Of a stretch of 64,000 nt of DNA, positions 28,942 through 37,392 are shown one piece after another. The translations under genes and the position numbers were made by a program. The stretch lies in contig JBMNEQ010000002.1 in assembly GCA_050948865.1 (NCBI GenBank), positions 131,943 to 195,942 on the forward strand. The letters are read 5' to 3'. A model generated the notes under the pieces. The model had not been told where the DNA came from. It saw nothing but the letters and a program-made list of their open reading frames with translations, and ran no database searches. Position 1 is the first letter of the stretch; each line of letters begins with the position of its first letter. The stretch is from Bacilli bacterium. GTDB lineage: Bacteria > Bacillota_I > Bacilli_A > RF39 > UBA660.

Positions 28942-29646
28942 ATGCCTAGATATTTTGCTTTAGATGAAAATTTAACCTTATCAAAAGAGGATATTCATCA
29001 TATAGTTAAAGTTAGACGAATGAAAATGGGGGATTTAATTACTATTGTTTATAATAAAGAAGTTTATCTTTGTCAATTAAAAGACATAATGAAAAATCAT
29101 TTAGAATTATTGGTTATTAAAAAAGAACAAGAAGAAGAATTAGATCTTAAAATAACAATTGGGATGGCTTTATTAAAAGAAAGTAAATTTGATTTGGTTT
29201 TACAAAAAGGAACAGAATTAGGAGCAACGGCTTTTTTACCATTAAAAACAGTAAGATCAATTGATATTTCTTTTGATAAAAAGAGTAAAAAAAGGGAAAG
29301 ATGGTCGCGGATTTGTCAGGAAGCTTCTAAACAATCAAAGAGAATAAATGTGCCCCTGGTATTTCCAATAATAAACTTAACGGAGATAAATGAAAAAGAA
29401 TATGATTTAAAAATACTTTGTAGTCTTCAAGAGAAAGAACTAAATATTAAACAGTTATTACAAAAAAGTAAAAATTATGATAAAATAATAGTGATTATTG
29501 GTCCTGAAGGTGGTTTAACTAAAGAAGAGGAACAAATTTTAGTAGATAAAGGTTTTATTAAGGTTTCTTTAGGAAGCAGGGTTCTTCGAACAGAAACAAC
29601 CCCAATTTTTATTTTAAGTATTTTAAATTATGAATTTATGAGGTGA
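28942..29646 (+). CDS. rsmE: 16S rRNA (uracil1498-N3)-methyltransferase RsmE
   Basis: Family features (PRYF...IHHIVKVRRMKMGD...IIGPEGGLT), upstream of mtaB as in the Bacillus yqeU-yqeV arrangement. Confidence 0.8.
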   Translation: MPRYFALDENLTLSKEDIHHIVKVRRMKMGDLITIVYNKEVYLCQLKDIMKNHLELLVIKKEQEEELDLKITIGMALLKESKFDLVLQKGTELGATAFLPLKTVRSIDISFDKKSKKRERWSRICQEASKQSKRINVPLVFPIINLTEINEKEYDLKILCSLQEKELNIKQLLQKSKNYDKIIVIIGPEGGLTKEEEQILVDKGFIKVSLGSRVLRTETTPIFILSILNYEFMR

Positions 29647-29649
29647 AGT

Positions 29650-30366
29650 ATGATAATTTTAAATAATTTTTTAAGTAAGATAGCAGATAATTTTCATCAT
29701 TATTATGAAAATTTAACTGATGAAAGCAAATTAATTCTTTTTATTATAATTATTTTACTTTTTATTTCAGTAATAATTTTAATTATGTTATTAGAAAAAA
29801 AGAATTTAAAAGTTATGAAAATAACTCCAAAAGAAATCTTACCAAAAGAAGAAAAAAAGATTTCTCCTGAGTTTAAAATAGATGTGGAAAATGAAAAAAC
29901 GAGAAATTTAAAAGAAATAACGGATAAAATAAAAGAGGATATTGATAATAAAAATATAAATTTAACTAATTTTGAACAAGAACAAGAAGAAACTTCAATT
30001 ATAAGTTATGATGAACTTTTAAAAGCTGTAGGCCAAAAAGAAACAAATCCTAATGAAGAGAAGTTTTCAATGTCTAATTTGGCAAGAAAAATTGAAGTTG
30101 ATGAAGTTTTAGAAAAAGAATTAGAACCGAAGGTAACAGATTTAAAGTTTAAAAAATCAGCTTATATATCACCTATTTTTGGAATTCAAGACATAGAAAG
30201 TATAACTCAGGTAGATAATATAAGTATGGAAAAAGAAGATGAGAAGACAGAAGAAATTGAACTTTTATTTGAAGAAGATGAACAACCTTTAAAAGAGGAA
30301 ACATCTTTTAATGAAGATGAACAATTTCTGTCATTTTTAAAAGAATTCAGGAGTAATTTAAATTAA
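29650..30366 (+). CDS. membrane-anchored acidic hypothetical protein
   Basis: N-terminal TM and a Glu-rich body. Contains YISPIFGI, related to IISPVYGV in ORF 9733..10494. Confidence 0.4.
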   Translation: MIILNNFLSKIADNFHHYYENLTDESKLILFIIIILLFISVIILIMLLEKKNLKVMKITPKEILPKEEKKISPEFKIDVENEKTRNLKEITDKIKEDIDNKNINLTNFEQEQEETSIISYDELLKAVGQKETNPNEEKFSMSNLARKIEVDEVLEKELEPKVTDLKFKKSAYISPIFGIQDIESITQVDNISMEKEDEKTEEIELLFEEDEQPLKEETSFNEDEQFLSFLKEFRSNLN

Positions 30367-30399
30367 CCTCTTTTAGAGGTTTATTTTTTGGAGGGGAAA

Positions 30400-31692
30400 A
30401 TGAAAGTTGCAGTTTATACATTAGGTTGTAAAGTTAATACTTATGAATCAGAATTTGTTCTAAGTTTATTTAAAGAAAAAGGATATAAAGTAGTTAGCTA
30501 TAAGGAAGAAGCGGATATTTATATTATTAACACTTGTACCGTAACTAATCAAAGTGATGTTAAAAGTAGAAAAATTATTAGGCAATTAATTCGTCATAAG
30601 AATCAAGGAATAGTTGTGGTAATGGGATGTTATGCTCAATTAAATAAAGAAGAAGTTGAAAAAATTAAAGGTGTTGATATAATTATAGGAACGAAAAATA
30701 GAAACAAAATAGTTGATTATGTAGAGAAGTTTTTAAAAACAAAGAAAGTAATTAATGCTGTTGATGATTTAGTTTCTAAGAAGTTTGAAGATATGAAGAT
30801 TTCTAATTTTATTAATCAGACAAGAGCTTTTGTTAAAATCCAAGATGGTTGTTCTAATTATTGTTCTTATTGTATTATTCCTTATGCAAGAGGACCTCTT
30901 CATTCAAAGAAAAAGGAAGTGGTAATAAAAGAAGTAAAAGATTTAGTTTTAAAAGGATTTAAAGAGATTGTTTTAACAGGTATTAATATTGGAAAATATG
31001 GAATAGATTTAAAGGATTTAACTTTAACAAAATTGCTTCAAGAATTAGTAAAGATTCCTAAATTAAAAAGATTACGTATTTCTTCTATTGAAATTACAGA
31101 AATAACAGAAGAATTTTTATTGTTATTAGAGGAAACTAAAATAATTGTTGATCATTTTCATATTCCTTTACAATCAGGTAGTAATAGAATTTTAAAAGCA
31201 ATGAACCGAAAATATGATGTCAATTATTATTATAATAAAATTACTGAGATAAGAAGAATTAGACCTCATGTGGCCATTACAACTGATGTGATAGTAGGTT
31301 TTCCCGGAGAAACAAAAGAGGATTTTAAAGAAACAGAACAATTTATTCGAAAAGTTAACTTTGCTTCTCTTCATGTTTTTCCATACTCTAAGAGAAAAGG
31401 AACTAAAGCTTCGCTTATGCTTAATCAGGTTAGTCCTTCAATTAAGAAAGAAAGAGCTTTAATTTTAAGAAGTTTATCAAAAGAATTAGAATATAACTAT
31501 AGAAAAGGATTTCTTCACCAAGAATTGGAGGTTCTTTTTGAACAAGAAAAAGATGGTTATTTAATAGGTCATGCGGCTAATTATATATTAATAAAGGTAA
31601 AGTCTTCCAAAAGTGAAATAGGGAATTTGAAAAAGATTATCTTAAATAAAATTGATGATCCTTATTGTCTAGGTTTTTTTCTAGATTTGTAA
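30400..31692 (+). CDS. mtaB: tRNA (N6-threonylcarbamoyladenosine) methylthiotransferase MtaB (radical SAM)
   Basis: MKVAVYTLGCKVN..., radical-SAM CSNYCSYC, and a TRAM C-terminus. The ATG at 30400 has a ggagggg SD. Confidence 0.8.
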   Translation: MKVAVYTLGCKVNTYESEFVLSLFKEKGYKVVSYKEEADIYIINTCTVTNQSDVKSRKIIRQLIRHKNQGIVVVMGCYAQLNKEEVEKIKGVDIIIGTKNRNKIVDYVEKFLKTKKVINAVDDLVSKKFEDMKISNFINQTRAFVKIQDGCSNYCSYCIIPYARGPLHSKKKEVVIKEVKDLVLKGFKEIVLTGINIGKYGIDLKDLTLTKLLQELVKIPKLKRLRISSIEITEITEEFLLLLEETKIIVDHFHIPLQSGSNRILKAMNRKYDVNYYYNKITEIRRIRPHVAITTDVIVGFPGETKEDFKETEQFIRKVNFASLHVFPYSKRKGTKASLMLNQVSPSIKKERALILRSLSKELEYNYRKGFLHQELEVLFEQEKDGYLIGHAANYILIKVKSSKSEIGNLKKIILNKIDDPYCLGFFLDL

Positions 31693-31720
31693 TATAATTG
31701 TTTTAAAGGAGGAAACTAAA

Positions 31721-32068
31721 GTGATTTTTTTAATAGGCGTTTTTCTAATTTTAATAATATCTCTTTTTTTAGTTATGAAAAATTTAAAAAGGATGTGGGG
31801 AAAATTAATAACATTAGGAATAATCTTACTAGTTTTTTATTTAGGAATGCTTTTTTTAGAGGTAAATAGAGTTTATTCTTTAAAAAAACCATTATTTGTG
31901 TTTTCTAGTCAATCATATCAATATAATGATTATAGTAAAGTTGTTTATAAAGGTTTCGGTTATAAAGTTGAAGTTAAGATGATTGAAAAGCAAAAAATAA
32001 TATCAAGCGAACTATATTTATTAAAGAAAAAGATTGCTGTTTCAGCTGGTTTCGTAACGAAAATTTGA
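31721..32068 (+). CDS. hypothetical membrane protein (GTG start)
   Basis: Two predicted TM helices. RBS aaggagg. Confidence 0.35.
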   Translation: MIFLIGVFLILIISLFLVMKNLKRMWGKLITLGIILLVFYLGMLFLEVNRVYSLKKPLFVFSSQSYQYNDYSKVVYKGFGYKVEVKMIEKQKIISSELYLLKKKIAVSAGFVTKI

Positions 32069-32146
32069 CAACGTTCCCAAATTATGATAGAATATATCTA
32101 CCTTATGAGAATGGGGTATAAAATTTAAGGTAGGGGGTTGATTTTT

Positions 32147-32566
32147 ATGGTTAATCATTATATTTTTGAGTATTTAAATGAAAATGAATTTAAGAAACTA
32201 GAAAAATCGGTCAAAAAATACAATATGGGGGCTTATAAGAAATTAATTTTTGAATTTTATCCATCTTTAAAAAATGGTAAATTTTTAGGTAAATTAGTTT
32301 CTACTAATAGTAAAGAACAAATTGATACTTATGAATTAAAGCTTCCAACAACTGATATGTTTTCTAAAGTTCATGGAGATATGATATTACATTATAGTGT
32401 TTATAAAAATAAAGGTATTATTTTATTAAATACTATTACTCCAGAAGATATTTTAGCAGAAGGTCATAAATCAGAACTAAATACTTATAAAGGTGTTATG
32501 GTTTCAAAAACTAATACTGAAAAAGATATGTTTAAGATTAATTTACTTAGAATGTTAGAGAGATAA
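32147..32566 (+). CDS. hypothetical protein
   Basis: A 139 aa ORF after a gggggt SD. No recognisable family. Confidence 0.35.
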   Translation: MVNHYIFEYLNENEFKKLEKSVKKYNMGAYKKLIFEFYPSLKNGKFLGKLVSTNSKEQIDTYELKLPTTDMFSKVHGDMILHYSVYKNKGIILLNTITPEDILAEGHKSELNTYKGVMVSKTNTEKDMFKINLLRMLER

Positions 32567-32632
32567 AACTCTCTTTTTTTATATAAATTATATTGATTTC
32601 CTAATATTATTATGATATGCTATTAAAGCAAT

Positions 32633-32709
32633 GGACCCTTAGCTCAGTTGGTTAGAGCATCCGGCTCATAACCGGACGGTCGTAGGTTCGAGTCCTACAG
32701 GGTCCACCA
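32633..32709 (+). tRNA. tRNA with anticodon CAT; sequence type resembles tRNA-Ile2 (lysidine), or tRNA-Met
   Basis: GGACCCTTAGCTCAGTTGGTTAGAGC...GGCTCATAACC...CCA, very similar to Bacillus tRNA-Ile(CAU). Confidence 0.7.
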
Positions 32710-32757
32710 TTAAATTTCGTATTTTAAATAAATACGTTTTTTTATGAGAAAAAATTA

Positions 32758-32786
32758 TTGTCAAAAGATAAGTTAATGTGTATAAT
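32758..32786 (+). promoter_or_regulatory. sigma-A-type promoter TTGTCA-N17-TATAAT for tRNA-Leu(TAG)
   Basis: ttgtcaaaagataagttaatgtgtataat. Confidence 0.4.
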
Positions 32787-32796
32787 TAATTAACAG

Positions 32797-32881
32797 GCGG
32801 GTGTGGCGGAATTGGTAGACGCGCTAGACTTAGAATCTAGTGGATTATTCCTTGGGGGTTCAAGTCCCTTCACCCGCACCA
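32797..32881 (+). tRNA. tRNA-Leu (anticodon TAG)
   Basis: Long variable arm, anticodon loop CTTAGAA, and a 3' CCA. Confidence 0.8.
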
Positions 32882-32991
32882 AAAGTTAAACAGAGTCTTA
32901 TATTTAAGGCTTTTTTGTGTGCTTAATATGGATATTTTAATAGATAGAGAAAAAATTATTTATAATGTTATAATTTTAAAAGGAGGAAATT

Positions 32992-33219
32992 ATGAAAAAA
33001 ATTAATAAAAAATATAATATACAACTAGGTTTAGCAATATTTTTAATTGTTGCACAAATAATTAGTATATTGGGGTGTATTGAAAGTGGTAATAATTCGT
33101 TTTATTTTTTTGATAATATTTTTGAATTTATAGGTTATTATATCGTAGGTATTGTTGGTATTGTAACCTTAATAATTGAATTAAAAAAAAGAAAAAATAA
33201 AAAAGGACCAGGAAATTAA
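32992..33219 (+). CDS. small two-TM membrane protein
   Basis: A 75 aa ORF with RBS aaggagg. Confidence 0.35.
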   Translation: MKKINKKYNIQLGLAIFLIVAQIISILGCIESGNNSFYFFDNIFEFIGYYIVGIVGIVTLIIELKKRKNKKGPGN

Positions 33220-33450
33220 TTCTGGTTTTCTAATGTTAACATATAAAACATTAACTCTTTATCAGTTATTTCAAACATTTTATCATTTTTTATTTTATAA
33301 TACGAGGTGTATTTGTATATCCCTTTTTTAAAATAAAAAAACTAGGTTTTTATGCTTAGAATATTTTTAATTAAATGTTAAATTAAATTGCGTAATTTCC
33401 AAGGGAATTAGATATTATAAAAATTAATAATAAGATATAATTATATTGAG

Positions 33451-34038
33451 GTGATAAAAGTGGGTTTAGGGAATAAGATTTTAGAGTTGAGAAAAAAGAA
33501 AGGATATTCTCAAGAAGAATTAGCTGAGAAATTATCTATTACCAGACAAACAATTAGTAAATGGGAATTAGATGAAACAAGTCCTGATATAAAACAAGCT
33601 AAAGAATTATCAAAGATATTTAATATTAGTTTAGATGATTTACTTGAAAATGATGTTAAAAATATACTAACAGAAAAAATTAGTAATACAGAAAGATTAG
33701 CAGGTTTAATTATTAATATTTTAAAATTTATCGGTATATTTATTCTTGTTGTGTTTTTACTTGTTATAATTTCCATTTTTCTTTTTATGGCAGTTCGAAC
33801 AGAAATGAGTAAAAAGAATTCCAAAGTTATGACGATAGAAACAATTATTTGTAATTTAGATAATCAATCTTATACTTTGGGAATTAAATATAATGAAAAT
33901 AATGAAATAGTAGAAATAGGTGGAGATTTTTCTTTACAGAATCTTTTAGATTTAGAACAATATAAATATGCTGATCAAGTTAAAGAGAATCTAAGTGAAT
34001 ATTTTAAAAGAAATGGTGGCGGTTGCAAAATTGAATAA
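33451..34038 (+). CDS. XRE-family HTH transcriptional regulator with a TM segment and C-terminal extracytoplasmic domain
   Basis: HTH_3 region (LRKKKGYSQEELAEKLSITRQTISKWE) followed by a TM helix (LIINILKFIGIFILVVFLLVIISIFLFMAV). Confidence 0.6.
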   Translation: MIKVGLGNKILELRKKKGYSQEELAEKLSITRQTISKWELDETSPDIKQAKELSKIFNISLDDLLENDVKNILTEKISNTERLAGLIINILKFIGIFILVVFLLVIISIFLFMAVRTEMSKKNSKVMTIETIICNLDNQSYTLGIKYNENNEIVEIGGDFSLQNLLDLEQYKYADQVKENLSEYFKRNGGGCKIE

Positions 34039-34081
34039 GGATTAAAAATATTTTAAGTTAACTAAATTTCTAATTGAATAG

Positions 34082-34124
34082 AAAACCCCTTTTATGTTCA
34101 AGATATAACATAAGGGGGTTTTTA
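34082..34124 (+). promoter_or_regulatory. strong hairpin (aaaacccctt...aagggggtttt) sequestering the sigG SD; possible sigF/G promoter GAATA-N18-CAAGATA overlaps it
   Basis: A 10-bp inverted repeat whose 3' arm contains the sigG RBS aaggggg. Confidence 0.4.
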
Positions 34125-34901
34125 ATGGCTAGACATAAAGTAGAAATAAGTGGAGTTAATACGGCAAAAATAAAGGTTTTAACTAATCAGGAAATGACTG
34201 ATTTTTTTATTAGATTAAAAGATGGTGATATAACAGTTCGAGAAGAATTAGTTAATGGTAATTTAAAATTAGTTTTAAGTATTTTAAGAAAGTTTAATAA
34301 TAGAACTGATAATATGGATGACTTATTTCAAATTGGTTGTATTGGTTTAATTAAAGCAATTGATAATTTTGATTTAAGTCATAATGTAAGATTTTCTACT
34401 TATGCTGTTCCAATGATTGTTGGAGAGGTAAGAAGATATTTAAGAGATAATAATAGTATTAGAATATCTCGTAGTTTAAAAGATTTAGCTTATAAAACTT
34501 TAAAATTAAAAGAAGAGTTAACTAATGTTTATGGTAAAGAACCTAGTTTAGAATTAATTTGTCAAATTTTAGAAACAGATGAAATAGATATTATTATGGC
34601 TTTAGATGCTTTAAAGGAACCTATAAGTATGTTTGAACCTATCTATGATGATGGTGGAGATACTATATATTTAAGTGATCAGTTAAAAGATAAAAAAGAA
34701 GATGTTCGGACTTGGGATTTAAATATTATTTTAAAAGAAGCTATTGAGCAGTTAAAAGAAAAAGAAAAACAAATCTTAATAGAAAGATTTATTGTTGGGA
34801 AAACACAAATGGAGATTGCTAGTGAGATAGGAATTTCTCAAGCACAAGTTTCAAGATTAGAAAAGAATGCTCTTAATAATATAAAAAATTTAGTTAAATA
34901 A
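34125..34901 (+). CDS. sigG: sporulation sigma factor sigma-G
   Basis: MARHKVEISGVNTAKIKVLTNQEM...DLFQIGCIGLIKAIDNFDLSHNVRFSTYAVPMIVGEVRRYLRDNNSIRISRS, nearly collinear with B. subtilis SigG. The ORF-track start at 34074 is too early. Confidence 0.85.
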   Translation: MARHKVEISGVNTAKIKVLTNQEMTDFFIRLKDGDITVREELVNGNLKLVLSILRKFNNRTDNMDDLFQIGCIGLIKAIDNFDLSHNVRFSTYAVPMIVGEVRRYLRDNNSIRISRSLKDLAYKTLKLKEELTNVYGKEPSLELICQILETDEIDIIMALDALKEPISMFEPIYDDGGDTIYLSDQLKDKKEDVRTWDLNIILKEAIEQLKEKEKQILIERFIVGKTQMEIASEIGISQAQVSRLEKNALNNIKNLVK

Positions 34902-34934
34902 AAAATATTTTCATATAATTGTAATGGTGGTAGT

Positions 34935-35168
34935 ATGCGTTTATCAGATTTACAAAATAAAGATATTATTAGTGTTGCTGATGGAAGAAAGATTGGTAAT
35001 ATTATTGATGTTAAAATAGAAGAAAAAACAGGTCAAATAACTTCTTTATTAATAGAACCAAATCGTTTCTTTTTAAAATTTTTTAGTTTAAGAGAAGAAT
35101 TTGAAATATATTGGTCAGATATTGAAAAGATAGGAGAAGATGTAATTTTAATTCGGGTTAATTTATAA
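34935..35168 (+). CDS. ylmC: YlmC/YmxH-family sporulation protein (PRC barrel)
   Basis: MRLSDLQNKDIISVADGRKIGNIIDV; located after sigG as in Bacillus. Confidence 0.7.
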   Translation: MRLSDLQNKDIISVADGRKIGNIIDVKIEEKTGQITSLLIEPNRFFLKFFSLREEFEIYWSDIEKIGEDVILIRVNL

Positions 35169-35225
35169 TGCTTTTTAGGCACTTTTTTTATTTTAGAGCA
35201 TAAATTAAATTGAGGAGGGATAGTT

Positions 35226-35762
35226 ATGCCAATATATAAGGAAATAGTTACGAAAGCGGTTATTGGTAAAGCTAAAAAATATTTTAAAAATACTTATACT
35301 TTAACACCAGAAACAAAACCATCAACAGTTTTAGGGTGTTGGATTATTAATCATAAATTTAAAGGATATGAAATGGGAGATAAAATAGTTGTAGATGGCT
35401 CATTTGATGTAAATATTTGGTATTCTTATGATAATGATAGTAAAACATCAGTAGTAACTAAAAAGGTTGATTATAATGAATTAATGAATGTTACTATTAA
35501 AGAAGAAACAGAGTTTAATGGTGATACAGAAATAATAGTTCGAGCATTAAAACAACCTAATTGTATTAATATAGAAATAAAAGATAATAATATAGAATTT
35601 GAAATTGAAAAGGAAATAGGGGTAGAAATTGTTGGAGATACTAAAGTTAAAATTGCTATTGAATCTAGTGAAGATCCTTGGGAAGTAATTACTGATGATG
35701 CTTTAGATGAAGAAACAGAAAAAGAAATAGAAGAAACAGTTGATGAAGAATATTTAAAATAA
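35226..35762 (+). CDS. cotE: outer spore coat morphogenetic protein CotE
   Basis: EIVTKAVIGKAKKY...KPSTVLGCWIINHKF...IWYSYDND...KQPNCINIEI and an acidic C-terminus match B. subtilis CotE. Confidence 0.7.
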   Translation: MPIYKEIVTKAVIGKAKKYFKNTYTLTPETKPSTVLGCWIINHKFKGYEMGDKIVVDGSFDVNIWYSYDNDSKTSVVTKKVDYNELMNVTIKEETEFNGDTEIIVRALKQPNCINIEIKDNNIEFEIEKEIGVEIVGDTKVKIAIESSEDPWEVITDDALDEETEKEIEETVDEEYLK

Positions 35763-35893
35763 ATCCATTCACGCTCTAAAATAGGCTATTTAAACAAATT
35801 GGTAAAAATTGGAGTAACATTTTATGGTATTTCAGTTGACTTGGTAATATTTTTGATGATAAAATATACTTAATAAATTTAAAAGAAAGAGGG

Positions 35894-36430
35894 ATGAAGT
35901 TGAGGTCAACGGGAATGTTAAGAAGAATTGATGAATTAGGAAGAATAGTTGTTCCAAAAGAAATCAGGGATAATTTAAAAATAAGTAATGGAGAATCTTT
36001 GGAAATATTTGTTCATAATAATAGGATTATTTTAAAAAAACATTCAGTTTTAGACGCTATTAGTGATATAGCTCAAAACTTTTTGGATTCTATTAAAGAA
36101 TTAACTAATGTTGCAGTTATAATTACTGATCGTAGTAAAGTTATTGCAACAACTGAAGAATTTCAAAAGGAATATTTAGGTCAAGAAATAAGTAATGTTT
36201 TATCAGATAGTATTTTAGAACAAAATGTTAATAAAATTAATGATAATTATAATAAAATAAATATTATTAATAATGTAGAACTTAAAGGTAACTTTTTTGT
36301 TAAACCAATTATCTTTAATAATGATTATACAGGTTTTATTATAATTTTAAATCAAAAAGAAAAAATTACTGATGCTGATAAAACTATAGCTGATTTTATA
36401 TCTGATTTTTTAAGTAAACAAATTGGATAA
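35894..36430 (+). CDS. spoVT: stage V sporulation protein T (AbrB-N / GAF-C regulator)
   Basis: STGMLRRIDELGRIVVPKEIRDNLKI (AbrB fold) plus a GAF-like C-terminus; 178 aa, as for SpoVT. The true start is probably the TTG two codons in (MRSTGM...). Confidence 0.8.
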   Translation: MKLRSTGMLRRIDELGRIVVPKEIRDNLKISNGESLEIFVHNNRIILKKHSVLDAISDIAQNFLDSIKELTNVAVIITDRSKVIATTEEFQKEYLGQEISNVLSDSILEQNVNKINDNYNKINIINNVELKGNFFVKPIIFNNDYTGFIIILNQKEKITDADKTIADFISDFLSKQIG

Positions 36431-36454
36431 TAAAAAGTTTAAGAAAAATCAAGG

Positions 36455-36490
36455 TTATACTAAACATTATGTTTAGTATAATTTTTTTTA
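36455..36490 (+). terminator. rho-independent terminator after spoVT
   Basis: ttatactaaacat/atgtttagtataa stem plus a T-run. Confidence 0.6.
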
Positions 36491-36648
36491 TGGAAAACAT
36501 TTTTAAAAACATATTATCTGTTGGTTTATGACAAATTTAATAATAAAATGGATAATAAATTTACACTATCGTTCTTTTATTATATAATTATGGTATTGAA
36601 GAAATGAACTTCTAGACTAATATCACATATAATAAGACAGGTGATTGG

Positions 36649-37392
36649 ATGAAAGTTAAGGATACTTATATTAATTATGTTCAATATGGTAAAGAAAAAG
36701 CTCAAGATTTAGTTTTATTGCATGGTTGGGGGCAGAATATTGAAATGATGGATCCTATTGGTCAAAGGTTAAAGAATAATTTTAGAATAACAATTCTTGA
36801 TTGGCCTGGTTTTGGAAATAGTTTTGAGCCTTCTTTTTCTTGGACTGTTTTGGATTATTATGAAATGCTCACAGAATTTTTAGATAAATTAAATATAAAG
36901 GATCCTATTATAATTGGACATTCTTTTGGTGGCAGAATTGCTATTATTTATGCGGCTAAAAAAAAGGTAAAAAAATTAGTCTTATTCGCGGCTCCTTTTC
37001 GTCGCACAAATAAAAAGGCGACAGTTAAAATTAAAGTTTTAAAAACTTTAAAAAAGATTCCTCTTTTGAATAAGTTAGAAAACTATGTAAAAAGTAAAAT
37101 AGGTTCTACTGATTATAAAAATGCAACTCCCATTATGAGAAGGGTTTTAGTGAATGTTATTAATGAAAATTTAAGTTTTTACTTAGATAAAATAAAGTCT
37201 CCAACACTTTTAATTTGGGGTTCTAATGATAGTGAAGTTCCTCTTAAGGAAGCTAAATATATTGAATCTATTATAAAAGATTGTGGTTTAGTAGTTTATG
37301 AAGGATGCAGTCATTATGCTTATTTAGAAAGAATTAATCAAACTATTAGTGTTTTAAAAGAATTTTTTAAAAATGATCAGGATGTGATTTGA
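36649..37392 (+). CDS. alpha/beta-fold hydrolase (esterase/lipase family)
   Basis: HGWGQN oxyanion region and nucleophile elbow GHSFGG. Its stop overlaps the murF start (ATGA). Confidence 0.7.
   Translation: MKVKDTYINYVQYGKEKAQDLVLLHGWGQNIEMMDPIGQRLKNNFRITILDWPGFGNSFEPSFSWTVLDYYEMLTEFLDKLNIKDPIIIGHSFGGRIAIIYAAKKKVKKLVLFAAPFRRTNKKATVKIKVLKTLKKIPLLNKLENYVKSKIGSTDYKNATPIMRRVLVNVINENLSFYLDKIKSPTLLIWGSNDSEVPLKEAKYIESIIKDCGLVVYEGCSHYAYLERINQTISVLKEFFKNDQDVI

Noticed and set aside
31192-31374. 60-aa minus ORF
   Set aside because: It is inside mtaB.
33510-33824. 104-aa minus ORF
   Set aside because: It is antisense within the XRE regulator gene.
34074-34124. N-terminal extension of the sigG ORF
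   Set aside because: It lies inside the hairpin/terminator. The SD aaggggg precedes the ATG at 34125, which gives the conserved SigG N-terminus MARHKVEI.
36649-37392. Alpha/beta hydrolase as MenH or a specific esterase
   Set aside because: Only the generic fold motifs are visible. No specific assignment is justified.
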